Positions 27,075 through 39,835 of a DNA stretch of 64,000 nt are shown one piece after another. Position 1 is the first letter of the stretch, and every line of letters begins with the position of its first letter. Both the position numbers and the translations under genes were made by a program. The stretch comes from Octopus vulgaris. Its lineage: Eukaryota. The notes beneath the pieces were generated by a model, which did not search any database, was not told where the DNA came from, and saw nothing but the letters and a program-made list of their open reading frames with translations. The DNA lies in NCBI GenBank assembly GCA_951406725.2, contig OX597822.1, forward strand, positions 97,836,001-97,900,000, read 5' to 3'.

Positions 27075-27197
27075 AAGTATATTTGCCACTTAAATGTGGC
27101 TAACCACTAAGGGCGTATGCTACTGTAGCTTGTATCCCCAGGAGAACATCTTCTCCAGCTGGCTATTGACACACTTTCTGTGCCCTATCAGTATTTG
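27075..27197 (+). repeat. Unclassified interspersed repeat (second copy ~46111-46230, minus strand)
   Basis: TGGCTAACC.CTAAGGG...CTCCAGCTGGCTA..GACACACTTTCTGTGCCCTATCAGTATTT is shared with the reverse complement near 46.1 kb. Confidence 0.75.
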
Positions 27198-28829
27198 CAA
27201 AGGGAAGCCATCCTTCCCATCGTCGACCTGACGTGATACGCACGGACCCGAGTTCCTGGGTATTTACCCGTCGTCAGCGCACGGCAATCACCGGGGTAGG
27301 CCATACCCATGACCTTGCGAAGATCACAAAGGGAGCGTCGCCCAGCCAGTGGAATGGACGTCTTTGAAATAGAATAGAATAGAAGAGCAATGATCTTTAG
27401 GTCAGAGGTGGATAGAGGAGTGAAAGGAGACGTCGGGACCGGAAGCGTGGGGAAGTGACGCCACGTCAAAAAGCGAGGCATTCGAACAATCTCTTTTTCC
27501 GAAAAGATGTAGAGGTGGATGAAAGTATGAAGCGAATTTCAGAGGGTCAATAGTTTCTTGCCAGAGGTTGGAGTAGTGTACATGTGTAGATACGACCAAC
27601 GAGTTCTTCTGACTCTCGCGGAGTTCTTGTTGTGTACTCTGTTCTGAAGTACGTCTTGAGGGTAAAAATATTCGTTATTTTCTCCGTCCCTTCAACATAT
27701 ATTATTGATAGTGACTTCGAAGTTTCGGCCAGCTCGCTGCGTTTTTCAGTGATTTCTGATTTAGACACAAAGCGATAAAAATTTGAGGTGAGGAGAGTAG
27801 TCGAAACTGTCAATCACAGTACTTCACTTATACTTTATTGTATTGATCTGGGAGATATTAAAGCGAAGTCGCCCCTCGATGGGGCTTGAACTCAGACTAG
27901 GAAGAGCTTCAAGAAATACCGCGAAACTTTATATTTCTTCGCTCTAACAATTCAGCCAACTCCTCGCTCTGAGAAATGGATTAAAATAATTATATTAATT
28001 CCCATCGTAAACGACCTCTCAGTTTTCTGTCAGATCTTATTGCACCTTCAGAGAACTGAAAATTTATATCATTTCAGAAGACTACATCAAGGACTTTCGC
28101 TTTATGCTAATAAATGCGGTGATTTAGATCACTGGAATTAATTATCCAAGTTTCCAGCTTTGAGTAAATGATATTTTCATCTGATTACCGAACAAGAAGA
28201 CCCTTCAGTAAACAAACTGCTTCATAAAACATTCAATCTGTTCGACATCCTAAAATGGGGGTTATTTCTCCTTCCGCTAAATCAAACAGAATGCATCCGA
28301 GTTCCATTAGATTATATTTCTTCGAAATAGTTTTCCCAGGTAGTTTGACTTTGTGCAGTAGAAGTTAATCAGTTTTATTTTACTTTGGTTGTTCATTATT
28401 ATTTACTACACCGGTGTTATTAAATCAGATAGCATAAATTTTACGAGCTATGCTGCATAAATGAATATCTGAAGAGGCATATAAATCTCCGTCAGGTTCA
28501 CTTCACGATAATTTGGAAAAACATTGATTTCGATTCAGACACTAGCGCTTGACTTAAGGAATATGATTTGAATATAATCAGTGCTTTAGGTTCTTGTCGG
28601 GACAAATAACCGTAATCTTAGTGTTACGCAGATTTCATACATAGAATATTCCATACATACTTAATATTCAGTTAAAGTATTAAAATATATATTGCTTCGT
28701 GCCTTTAATCGAAAGCTATTTAAAGAATCAATACATTTTTGTTAGGAATACCTGATTGTTCACCTATACGTAGAAAGTGCTTCTCTACTTTAAAATTATT
28801 CTGTACTTCGCAAGTAAACATTGGTCTTA

Positions 28830-29440
28830 AGCTTTGGTACAAGGCTAGCAAATTTGGTGGAGTGGGTAAATTGATTACATCGACTGGTACTTATTTTATC
28901 GGCCCCGAAAAGATGAAAGGCAAAGTTGCACTCAAAAGAATTTGAACTCAGAACGTAAAGATAGACAAAATACTGTCAAGTATTTTGCTCGGCGTGCTAA
29001 CGATTCTGCCAGCTTGCCACCTATTTCTTTACTACCCACAAGGGGCTAAACACAGAGAGGACAAACAAGGACAAACAAACTGATTAAATCGGTTACATCG
29101 ACTCCAGTGCGTAACTGGTACTTAATTTATCGACCCCGAAAGGATGAAAGGCAAAGTCGACCTCGGCGGAATTCTAACTTACAACGTAACGGCTGACGAA
29201 ATACGTCTACGCATTTCGCCCAGCGTGCTAACGTTTCTGCCAGCTTGCCACCTTTTGCTTCAGTAGAATATTGATTTCGAATTTTGGCACAAGATCGGCA
29301 ATTTCGGAGGAGGGGATAAGTCGATTACATCGACCCAAGTGTTCAACTGGTACTTAGTTTATCGACTCCGAAAGGACGAAAGGCAAAGTCGACATTGAAA
29401 GTATTTGAAATCAGAATGTAAAAACAGACGAAATGCCTTT
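28830..29440 (-). mobile_element. Cluster of three SINE family A copies
   Basis: Three successive TATCG.C.CCGAAA...GAAAGGCAAAGT cores, same orientation. Confidence 0.88.
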
Positions 29441-30139
29441 AGTAAAATATTAAAAACGGTTGTCTTCATTTTACTTTGCATCTGCAATATTTTAATGCTA
29501 ATTCCCCATTTCTTCAAGAAATTAAAAATATTATAAATATTAATAATTTATAAGTTAATCTAATTAGTATTGTTGTATTTGTCTTTAATATTCACATCTC
29601 TTGGATATCTTAACTTTTTCTTATATTTCCAACTCTATCTGTAAACTTATACTCCGGGATCCATCCCGATAGCCTCATCTAGACTAGTGAGTCAATCAAC
29701 ACTTCAACATTGAACTTCGCTTTTGGGACCAAAGCCATGTCTTTTTTTTGTGTGGGTGTAATTCAAATACAAGACTCTCTGCCCTATAGCCGTATTTACG
29801 ATACTGGATCACGCAACAATCACATTTTCATTTTTCTCAAAACCCGCATTTTCTGTGAACCTCTACTCTATACGCTCATCTAGAATATTGGGTCACACAA
29901 TGCTTGTACGTATTTTCCTTCAGTCCAAACCGTATTTATTGCCAACCTTATATACAGTACTACCTACCACATAACTTCATCTAGAATACTGGAACGCTCA
30001 AAACACTTTCTGTCTTCATATTTTTCAGTTGGTTGACTTATATTTATCTCTAAATTCACACAATATATATTCAATAATTTGTATATTTTACTATCAAAAT
30101 AGAAATAAATCTTATGCAACTTTTATATTATATTGGTTC

Positions 30140-30592
30140 AAGTTTTGGCACAAGGCCATCAATTTCTTGAAGGAAGCAAGGTCGATTCCATCGACCCAAA
30201 TGCTAAGCTGGTACTTATTTTATTGACCCTGAAAGGATGAAAGGCAAGGTCAACCCTGTCGGCATTTGAACCCAGAATGTAAAGAAGAACGAAATGCTGC
30301 TAAGCATTATACCCGATGTGCTCATGATCCTGCTAGCTCGCTCCCTTAAAATGGGCAAAATACCTATTTCTTTACTACCCACAAGGGCCTACACACAGAG
30401 GGGACAAACAAGGACAGACAAACGGATTAAGTCGATTATATCGACCCCAGTGCATAAATGGTACTTTATTTATCGACCCCGAAAGGATGAACGGTAAAGT
30501 CGACCTCGGCGGAATTTGAAGTCAGAATGTAACAGCAGACGAAATACAGCAACGCATTTCGCCGGTCGTGCTAACGGTTCTGCCAGCTCGCT
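30140..30592 (-). mobile_element. Two SINE family A copies
   Basis: Short-tail copy ~30140-30345; long-tail copy ~30363-30592. Confidence 0.88.
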
Positions 30593-30841
30593 GCTAATAT
30601 TTTATATTGTATTACCTCAGAATATATATATTCTGTATGAAACTTGAGTTTGAGTTTGTAATTGCTGGTTGATTATGAGATGCTAAAAGATATTGGAGGA
30701 ATAACTATCTCAATCAATCCAATGTTGGACTGTAAATCGTGGGGTGCAATGTTCAAATATTATTATCGGCTCTACGCACCTTCTACGAATAACACACATA
30801 AATATCAGTTCAGTATTTTTAGCTGCTAAATAGGAGCCACA

Positions 30842-31231
30842 TATAGGAGCACTCCGTCGGTTACGACGATGAGGGTCCCGCTGATACGATCAACGGAACA
30901 GCTTGCTCGTGGAATTAACATGCAAGTGGCTGAGCACTCCACAGACACGTGTACCCTTAACGTAGTTCTCGAGGAGATTCAGCGTGATCAGAGTGTGTCA
31001 AGGCTGGCCCTTCGAAATACAGGTACAACAGAAACAGGAACAGGAAGAAATAGTGAGAGAAAGTTGTGGTGAAAGAGTACAGCAGGGTTCACCACCATCC
31101 CCTGCCGGAGCCTCGTGAAGCTTTAGGTGTTTTCGCTCAATAAACACTCACAATGCCCGGTCTGGGAATCGAAACCGCGATCCTACGACCGCGAGTCCGC
31201 TGCCCTAACCACTGGGCCATTGCGCCTCCAC
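30842..31231 (-). mobile_element. SINE family B (variant subfamily)
   Basis: 14-bp TSD AAATAGGAGCCACA (30828-30841, 31232-31245). Confidence 0.95.
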
Positions 31232-31725
31232 AAATAGGAGCCACAGCAAGATACGGTTAACAGTATTGCTACCACTATCACCACCACTACCAGATGAACC
31301 AACACTAGCGTTTCCACCACCAATATCAGCACCACTACGCTATCACCACCGTAATGGTGATAATTGTTGTCAAAATGGCTGTAAGTGTCCATTACAGGAA
31401 ATAACTTCAAAATTAGGGCCTTTATGTGGTCCCTTGATTTGCTAGAAATAACAGGAAAATAATCTGAAATTTCATCAAGGTGTATACCTAGGATAATATA
31501 ATCCCGGAAAAAATTTACATCTGAAGCAACAAAGGGATGATCACTGCTGGTACAGCTTTGATCTTCAATCTGCTCTGTGAAATTTTTCATTACGCAGTTC
31601 TATCTATTTGAAATACCAGTCAGTTCTTCAAATGAAACTCTGGTATCATAAGAAAGGAAAGCCACATTAGTTAAAACAGTCCTAGGTAGTGTGTCTGAAA
31701 AATTTCAATATCAACAACAGGGTAT

Positions 31726-32608
31726 TTTTGTTCGTGAGTATGTATGTATGGGTTGTGTATGTATGTGCATATTTGTATGTTTTATGTATGCATTCCCATG
31801 CATATAGTTGCATATCTCGACATGCTAATATATATTCAAATGATAAACTTCTGGAAAGTTTTAAAGATTTTTACAGTTCCAGTGATGGATTAGATTTGTA
31901 ATCTTCGGATTAGCTTTCCCCTTTCTGGTTTTGAGAAGCCTAATTTCTCAAGATTGCTATTTAGGCAATGTGTTACATATCCCAGGGCTCCAATAATTAC
32001 AGGTATAAACCTGCATTTGCAATCTGGATAGAGTAACTGCAGATTTCTCAGTAAAAACCTCAATAAAGTGTAAGCACAACTGACCTAATGTGATGATTTG
32101 GGATAGAGAAGAGAAACTGTGTGCTGGTGTGGAAAGCAGCTGCTGAGCAGATGTTAACATAAATTAATTAAAGATGACTTGGTTACGGCTGGGTTGCTTT
32201 TGATCAAAGATTTACAAAGACGATTGTAACAACAACAGCGACTTAAACAGTAACAATGAAAATGAGAACAACAAAAATAACAACAAGGAGAAAAATCACA
32301 ACAGCAACAACAACAACAATAACGTCATCGAAAATTACAACCGCCACAAAAACAACACTTGCTCAATTCTTGGCAATGATGAGACATGACGTTGTAGCTA
32401 GGACACTCCATAATGAAATCCGTCGGAAGGATATGTATGTATGTATAAATGCATACTGGAACTGTAAAAATCTTTAAAACTTTCCAGAAGTTTATCATTT
32501 GAATAGAAGCATGTCGAGATATGCAATTATATGCATGGGAATACATACATAAAACATACAAATATGCACATACATACACAACCCATACATACATACTCAC
32601 GAACAAAA
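31726..32608. repeat. Inverted repeat: arms ~31726-31883 and ~32455-32608
   Basis: TTTTGTTCGTGAGTATG...TTTTTACAGTTCCAGT versus ACTGGAACTGTAAAAA...CATACTCACGAACAAAA. Confidence 0.9.
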
Positions 32609-32959
32609 TGTTTGTATGTATGTAGATGCGTGTATATTTATACACACTACCATGCAAACACCCAACACCTCCCGGTACCCACATCACACATCATCATGCT
32701 CACTCCCACACACGCTCACATGCATTTGTATTCACACACACTTTCCCACCCCACACACACTAGCACCCAATACTTGCAAAACCCTAAATCTCGTGACCCC
32801 TATCCCACCTCGCACCGCTATGCATTCCCCCACAACACGCAGTATCCACTCCAAGAGGCCCACACAATGCATATACACACAACACACCTGAACACAAACA
32901 ATATACACACGCACACAATACGCATAAACGCACAACTTTCGCACATAAACACACGCAAT

Positions 32960-33295
32960 CAACGGAACAGCCTGCTCGTGAAATTAACGTGTAAGTGGCT
33001 GAGCACTCCACAGACACGTGTACCCTTAACGTAGTTCTCGGGGATATTCAGCGTGACACAGAGAGTGACAAGGCCGGCCCTTTGAAATACAGGTACAACA
33101 GAAACAGGAAGTAAGAGTGAGAGAAAGTTGTGGTGAAAGAGTACAGCAGGGATCACCACCATCCCCTGCCGGAGCCTCGTGGAGCTTTAGGTGTTTTCGC
33201 TCAATAAACACTCACAACGCCCGGTCTGGGAATCGAAACCGCGATCTTATGACCGCGAGTCCGCTGCCCTAACCACTGGGCCATTGCGCCTCCAT
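32960..33295 (-). mobile_element. SINE family B, 3'-truncated, flanked by a 54-bp direct repeat
   Basis: 32906-32959 equals 33296-33349; SINE lacks its last ~45 nt. Confidence 0.93.
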
Positions 33296-33767
33296 CACAC
33301 GCACACAATACGCATAAACGCACAACTTTCGCACATAAACACACGCAATACACATACTATAAGGTCGCACACACATACACACGTGTACACACCACTCGAA
33401 GAGGCATAGATCAACTGCTACCCACAAGCGTTTGCACACGCACGCGAGCGCGCACACACACAGACACAGAAACACACACATCCACACACATACACACGTC
33501 TATATGCACACACACACACACAAATACATGAAACGCACATCACACAACGCACGCACGAAGTTACTTGTAGACATGCATATACACACTCCCATACACACAC
33601 AGGCCCATGCATTTGCACACACACATACACACACACACACATGATAACCTCATACATGTACACACGTCCAAACGCATACACATACACTCACAGTAGTAGA
33701 TGAAACGCACGCACTGGGTTACTTACACACACAGAGGCCAACATAATTTTGAGCTCGCTTACACATA

Positions 33768-34168
33768 GGCGCAGGAGTGGCTGTGTGGTAAGTAGCTTGC
33801 TGACCAACCACATGGTTCCGGGTTCAGTCCCACTGCGTGGCATCTTTGGCAAGTGTCTTCTGCTATAGCCCTGGGCCGAGCAATGCCTTATGAGTGGATT
33901 TGGTAGACGGAAACTGAAAGAAGCCCGTCGTATATATGTATATATATATACATGTATGTGTGTGTTTGTGTGTCTGTGTTTGTCCCCCTAGCATTGCTTG
34001 ACAACCGATGCTGGTGTGTTTACGTCCCCGTCACTTAGCGGTTCGGCAAAAGAGACCGATAGAATAAGTATTGGACTTGCAAAGAATAAGTCCCGGGGTC
34101 GATTTGCTCGACTAAAGGCGGTGCTCCAGCATGGCCGCAGTCAAATGACTGAAACAAGTAAAAATAAA
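33768..34168 (+). mobile_element. SINE family C, full length
   Basis: GGCGCAGGAGTGGCTGTGTGGTAAG head, GGGTTCAGTCCC B box, internal (TA)/(TG) tract, ACTGAAACAAGTAAAA tail. Confidence 0.95.
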
Positions 34169-34406
34169 AATATATATATATATATTCACACGCGCTCGCC
34201 ACCATTCACACACACACACACTCACACACACCATTCTCACATACACACACGCTCTTGTGCACCCTAGTTCGTCCGGCACACTGTTATCTCCCTTTCACTT
34301 CGCCTCATTCTTCTGGCCATTTCATCATGTTGAACCATTAATCCATACACATTCTTTTGTTTCTCCGTTTCTTTTTCATTCTTTCTCCTTTCTTTCCCTC
34401 TCAGTC

Positions 34407-34441
34407 CTTTCTGTCGAAGAGCGTAGGCTGAAACGTCAAAG
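34407..34441 (+). ncRNA. Minimal type-I hammerhead ribozyme motif, variant core CUGUCGA
   Basis: CTTT-CTGTCGA-A-GAGC GTAG GCT-GAAA-C GTC-AAAG; one stem-II base lost; lies within repeat 34370-34530. Confidence 0.65.
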
Positions 34442-34551
34442 ACTATTCCATTCTTCCCGATTATTCTAATACACCTACTTGTTTTGTTTCCTCGCCTGTC
34501 TTCGTCTTTTGCTTTCTATAAATTCGAACTATATATATATATGTTTGTATG

Positions 34552-34593
<42 letters not shown>

Positions 34594-34596
<3 letters not shown>

Positions 34597-34886
34597 TTAT
34601 ATATAAAAGTGAAGTTGTGTGAGTGTCTGTCTCCTACGATTTTGATTCCTAACTACTCCCACATTTTGCGGTGCAGTTTAACCAAAAGCGGGTATCTTAT
34701 AGTCATGATTCATATCGAGCCCTTCTGGGTATTAGCACACGTCTACGATTTAAAAAAAAACATTACCATCATTTTCCCCCATTTTTAATGCATTTTTTTG
34801 CTATTATATAAGGGAAGTAACTCTCTAAAAATGCTTATATTGTTATTTCCCTTACAAACCCGAGCAATGCCGGGCGATACTGCTAG
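34594..34886 (+). mobile_element. Non-autonomous Helitron (293 bp)
   Basis: A|TC 5' end, subterminal hairpin CCCGAGCAATGCCGGG (34859-34874), CTAG|T 3' end, no TSD, inside (TA)n. Confidence 0.85.
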
Positions 34887-35489
34887 TGTATATATATATA
34901 TATATACACTCCCACATGCATGTGCGCGGACACACTTATATGCACATACATACATATATACTCACTACATATATATATATACGTAATACATATGATATTA
35001 AAATCAAGAAAATTCAATATTCATTTCATTTAAAACTAATGTGGAGAAGAATAATATAAAAAAAAATAGCAAAAAAAACTGTTTCGGTCTTTTACAGAAT
35101 AAATAACAACAACAAAAAACACCCACTACTGCCTCCATGAAAACTGCCGCCGCCGCCGCCACCAATTATCCATTACAACAGCAGCAGCAGCAGCAGCAGT
35201 AGCAGACACGAAAATTATTTGTAGAAATCCGTTGGCATGTTCATGTCTATTCATATTCCAAAAGTATTTCATTAGGCTTCATTAACAAAATTGAATTTTG
35301 TGACATCTCATTATGTAAAATATTCCTTGCACGAAATGAAATTCCGCGAAAAAATATAAACACGCGGACACACGCACACACATGCATATATCTATGATAT
35401 GTATAAGTGTGTGTGTGTGTGTGTGTGTGTGTATCTATATATATTCATAAATACTTTAGATGTATAATAATTACAATGATAATAATAAT

Positions 35490-36312
35490 CCTTTTTATTA
35501 TAGGCACAAGGCGTGAAATTTTTTGGGAGGAGATGGTGTAAGTCGATTACATCGACCCCGTTGCGTAACTGGTAATTATTTAATCGATTCGGAAAGGAAG
35601 AAAAGCAAAGTCGACTTCGGCAGAATTTGGACTCAGAACGTAGCAGGAGACGAAATACCGCCAAGCATTTCGACGTGCGAACGACGTGCTAACGATTCTT
35701 TTTCTTCTCTAAGCACAGGACCCGAAATCTTTTGGGAAGGGGGCCAGTGGATTAGATTGATCCCAGTACGCAACCGCTACTTAGTTTATCGAACCCGAAA
35801 GGATGAAAGGCAAAGACGAACTTAGCGGAATTTAAACTCTGAACGTAAAGACACAAAATACGATCAAAATTTCACCCGGCGTGCTAACGTTTCTTATTCA
35901 TTTATTGCCCACAAGGGGCTAAACATAGAGGGGACAAACAAGGACAGACAAACGGATTAAGTCGATTACATCGACCCCAGTGCGTAGCTGGTACTTAATT
36001 TATCGACCCCGAGAGGATGAAAGGCAAAGTCGATCTCGGTGGAATTTGAACTCAGAGCGTAGAGACAGACGAAATACCTATTTCTATTTCTTTACTACCC
36101 ACAAGGGGCTAAACACAGAGAGGACAAACAAGGACAGACAAACGGATTAAGTCGATTATATCGACCCCAGCGCGTAACTGGTACTTATTGAATCGACCCC
36201 GAAAGGATGAAAGTCGACCTCGGCGGAACTTGAACTCAGAACGTAACGGCAGACAAAATACCGCTAAGCATTTCGCTCGGCATGCTAACGTTTCTGCCAG
36301 CTCGCCGCCTTA
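35490..36312 (-). mobile_element. Array of four SINE family A units
   Basis: Four cores at ~35590, 35790, 36000 and 36195, all minus strand, partly nested. Confidence 0.9.
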
Positions 36313-36359
36313 AGTGGATAAAATATTGCAAAATTCAGGTTACTTTTGGATACCTCCTC

Positions 36360-36411
<52 letters not shown>

Positions 36412-36674
36412 ACGCATATATGTGTGTATGTTAGAGAGAGAGAGACAGACAGACAGAGACAGAGAGACAGAGAGACAGAGGGACAGAAAGAGAGAGAGAC
36501 ACAGGGAGGTATGTTTCTGTACACAGCCAACTGGCTTACGAATATAAGCACATATACGTCCAGCTCATGTGTCTTTTAAGTAAGACATAATTTCAATATC
36601 GACATCTGGTGTCTATAAACACATCTCCATGCATATATATTCATGTATATTTATTTATTGTATCCGCATAGTAT

Positions 36675-36761
<87 letters not shown>

Positions 36762-36972
36762 CTTACATGATTGGAAATACAGGCACATCTACTGGATGTA
36801 TGTGGTGATGGTGGTAGTGGGTATTACTATTCCGTTTATGCAGACATAAAAATGGAGGAATTTGAAATGAAGCAATCAGAAACACGTTCTAAAAAGACTA
36901 AGGCAACAGCCGAATTATCAACGGCCAAAGTCAATGTGTATAACAACATCAGTACATGTATGTGTGTGTGTA

Positions 36973-37019
<47 letters not shown>

Positions 37020-37026
37020 GTAATAT

Positions 37027-37137
37027 TGGACTGCTCGCTTAGCCAGCGAGGTGGCATCATTTGAAGGCTGAAACAAGGCGAAGCGCATTGTGACCAGCGA
37101 TGTGTAGTAACATCTGATAGCCTGGTCGGTCACGGTG
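37027..37137 (+). mobile_element. Short, probably 5'-truncated retroposon insertion in (TA)n
   Basis: 13-bp TSD ATATACGTAATAT (37014-37026, 37138-37150); GC-rich insert; strand inferred. Confidence 0.7.
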
Positions 37138-37198
<61 letters not shown>

Positions 37199-37324
37199 GT
37201 AATCTATATATGTATGTGTGTGTGCAAGTATTCGTGCGTGTATATATATATGTATTTGTATTTATGTATGTTTGTCTATAAGTGTGTAAGTAAGCAATAA
37301 TATGAATAATAAATATATATATAG

Positions 37325-37358
<34 letters not shown>

Positions 37359-37422
37359 ACTATATGAATACACACACATACATGCATGCATACATACATA
37401 CATGCATACATACATATATGTA

Positions 37423-37467
<45 letters not shown>

Positions 37468-37537
37468 TACAGGACATCACCAACAGCAAACAACATGAAA
37501 TACGAAAACAAATGAGTTAAATACGCATACAGTCACG

Positions 37538-37910
37538 CACAGGCGTGATTGTATGGTTAAGAAGCTTGCTTCCCGGCTATATAATCTTGGGTTCAGTTCC
37601 ATTGCGCGGCACCTGAAGAAAATGTCATTTATTATAACCCTTGGCTAACCAAAACCTCGGAACAACACCTGATGCGCACACGAGCGTTTGTGTGCGTTAC
37701 TCTGTGTCTGTGCAGTGTTTGTCTATGACCACTTCTTGACAAGCGGTGTTAGTTTACGTTCTCATAACTTAGCAGTACGGCAAAAGAGACCGATAGAATA
37801 AGTGCTATATTATAAAAAAATAATAATTAGTAGGATCGATTTGTTCCACGAAACCATTGAAAGTAGTGCCCATCCATGGCTGTAGCCCAGTGACCGAAAT
37901 AAGTAATATA
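37538..37910 (+). mobile_element. Old SINE family C
   Basis: Diverged head and GGCAAAAGAGACCGATAGAATAAGT core. Confidence 0.8.
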
Positions 37911-38120
37911 TAACGGTAAAAGATAACTTAGGACCCATGAATCATTACAGGGTCTTGGAGATTAATTAGGGGGGGAGGAAAGAAAGGTTTTATCTCAAGC
38001 CTGGACTCCTACCCTCAATCAATGTTTTCAAAACAGGAAACTCCGATCAAAAGTGGCTCGGCGGTGTTAAAACAGTGAGATGTTAAACTAGTGGATTTAA
38101 TCCGGTGATGTATTATCTCT

Positions 38121-38508
38121 TTGGAAGCACTCCGTCGGTTACGACGACGAGGGTTCCGGTTGATCCGAATCAACGGAACAGCCTGCTCGTGAAATTAACG
38201 TGTAAGTGGCTGAGCACTCCACAGACACGTGCACCCTTAACGTAGTTCTCGGGGATATTCAGCGTGACACAGAGAGTGACAAGGCCGGCCCTTTGAAATA
38301 CAGGTACAAGAGAAACAGGAAGTAAGAGTGAGAGAAAGTTGTGGTGAAAGGGTACAGCAGGGATCACCACCATCCTCTGCCGGAGCCTTGTGGAGCTTTT
38401 AGGTGTTTTTGCTCAATAAACACTCACAACGCCCGGTCTGGGAATCGAAACCGCGATCCTCCGACCGCGAGTCCGCTGCCCTAACCACTGGGCCATTGCA
38501 CCTCCACA
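38121..38508 (-). mobile_element. SINE family B, full length
   Basis: 10-bp TSD TATTATCTCT (38111-38120, 38509-38518). Confidence 0.95.
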
Positions 38509-38529
38509 TATTATCTCTACAATAGTGAA

Positions 38530-38790
38530 AGCGGGTGGCTTAGTGGTTAGGATAATTGGCTTACGATCGTAAAGTCGTAAGTTCGATTCCCGGTGGTGTA
38601 CTGGCACCTGGCAAAAATGTGATTCAAGGGGCCGGCCTTATTGCATTGTGTCACGTTGAAACTCAATGAGAACTACATTAAGGATACACGTGTCTGTGGA
38701 GTGCTCAACACTTGCACGCTAATTTCACGAGCAGGCTGTTCAGTTGATCGGACTAACTGGAGCTTCCATCGTCGTAACCGACGGAGAGCC
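38530..38790 (+). mobile_element. Older SINE with D-like head and B-like 3' half
   Basis: TGGCTTAGTGGTTAG...CTTACGATCGT...GTTCGATTCCC head; ACACGTGTCTGTGGAGTGCTC...CGTCGTAACCGACGGAG tail. Confidence 0.8.
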
Positions 38791-39571
38791 AGTTTTTATT
38801 ATTTCTACTACTCCACCAAGTGCGACGACTCCTCTTGCATGCTTCAACAAAGACATTCGCCCTGAGATTGAGCCCGAAACAATGTGATTGCGATGAAGAC
38901 ATCTGGACCACACAGCGATGCATCGTTCGTTGAGTAACACTTAGGGAAAGGAATGCGCGCTCACACACACACACATACACGCACGCACACACACACATAC
39001 ACACACAAACACACACATGAGTTTTTGCTTTTTTCTAGCTATTTTCAATTGCAGTAGGGTTTAATAATCAACCTAGATATTTCCAGAAAGACATTGATAT
39101 CTTTTATCTTGACACACTTAATGTAGGGCAATGGTTAACTGAATCAAGCTTATTAAATAACTGATACATATTCCATCCACGGAATATGTGGTCGATAGCT
39201 GAATCGTTAGAACATTGAAAAAAAATCAAGTTCCCTCTGCTTTTGTTCCGGCTCTTTAAGTTCCGCGTTCAAATCCCGCTGAGATGTGTTTATGTACACA
39301 GTACGATTTGAAATTTAAATTGCATGACAAATAACGAGGAGAATTCCATATGTCTTCCCGCATAATTGAAGTTGCGGTTGCGAGAACTCATATGATGTTC
39401 GACTTACCGTTTGGGTATCTTGTAACAGTATACCTATAGGAAACAAAAGAAGAGTTTGTTTATAAAATATTCTCTCCCCTGTGTTGTTATTTATTTATTT
39501 ATATATATTTATATATATATATATATATATATATGTATACGTATGTGTATGTGTATATGTATGTATGTATG

Positions 39572-39619
<48 letters not shown>

Positions 39620-39633
39620 TATATATATGTATA

Positions 39634-39674
<41 letters not shown>

Positions 39675-39676
39675 TA

Positions 39677-39719
<43 letters not shown>

Positions 39720-39722
<3 letters not shown>

Positions 39723-39835
39723 GGAGTGGCTGTGTGGTATTGCTAACCAACCACATGGTTCCGGGTTCAGTCCCACTGCGTGGCGTCTTGGGCAAGTGTC
39801 TTCTGCTATAGCCCCGGGCCGACCAATGCCTTGTG
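39720..39835 (+). mobile_element. SINE family C 5' fragment
   Basis: GCAGGAGTGGCTGTGTGG...GCCGACCAATGCCTTGTGA between (TA)n tracts. Confidence 0.9.

Noticed and set aside
31183-31590. 135-aa ORF with a hydrophobic V-rich stretch
   Set aside because: Derived from an (ACC/ACT)n low-complexity tract and runs into a SINE.
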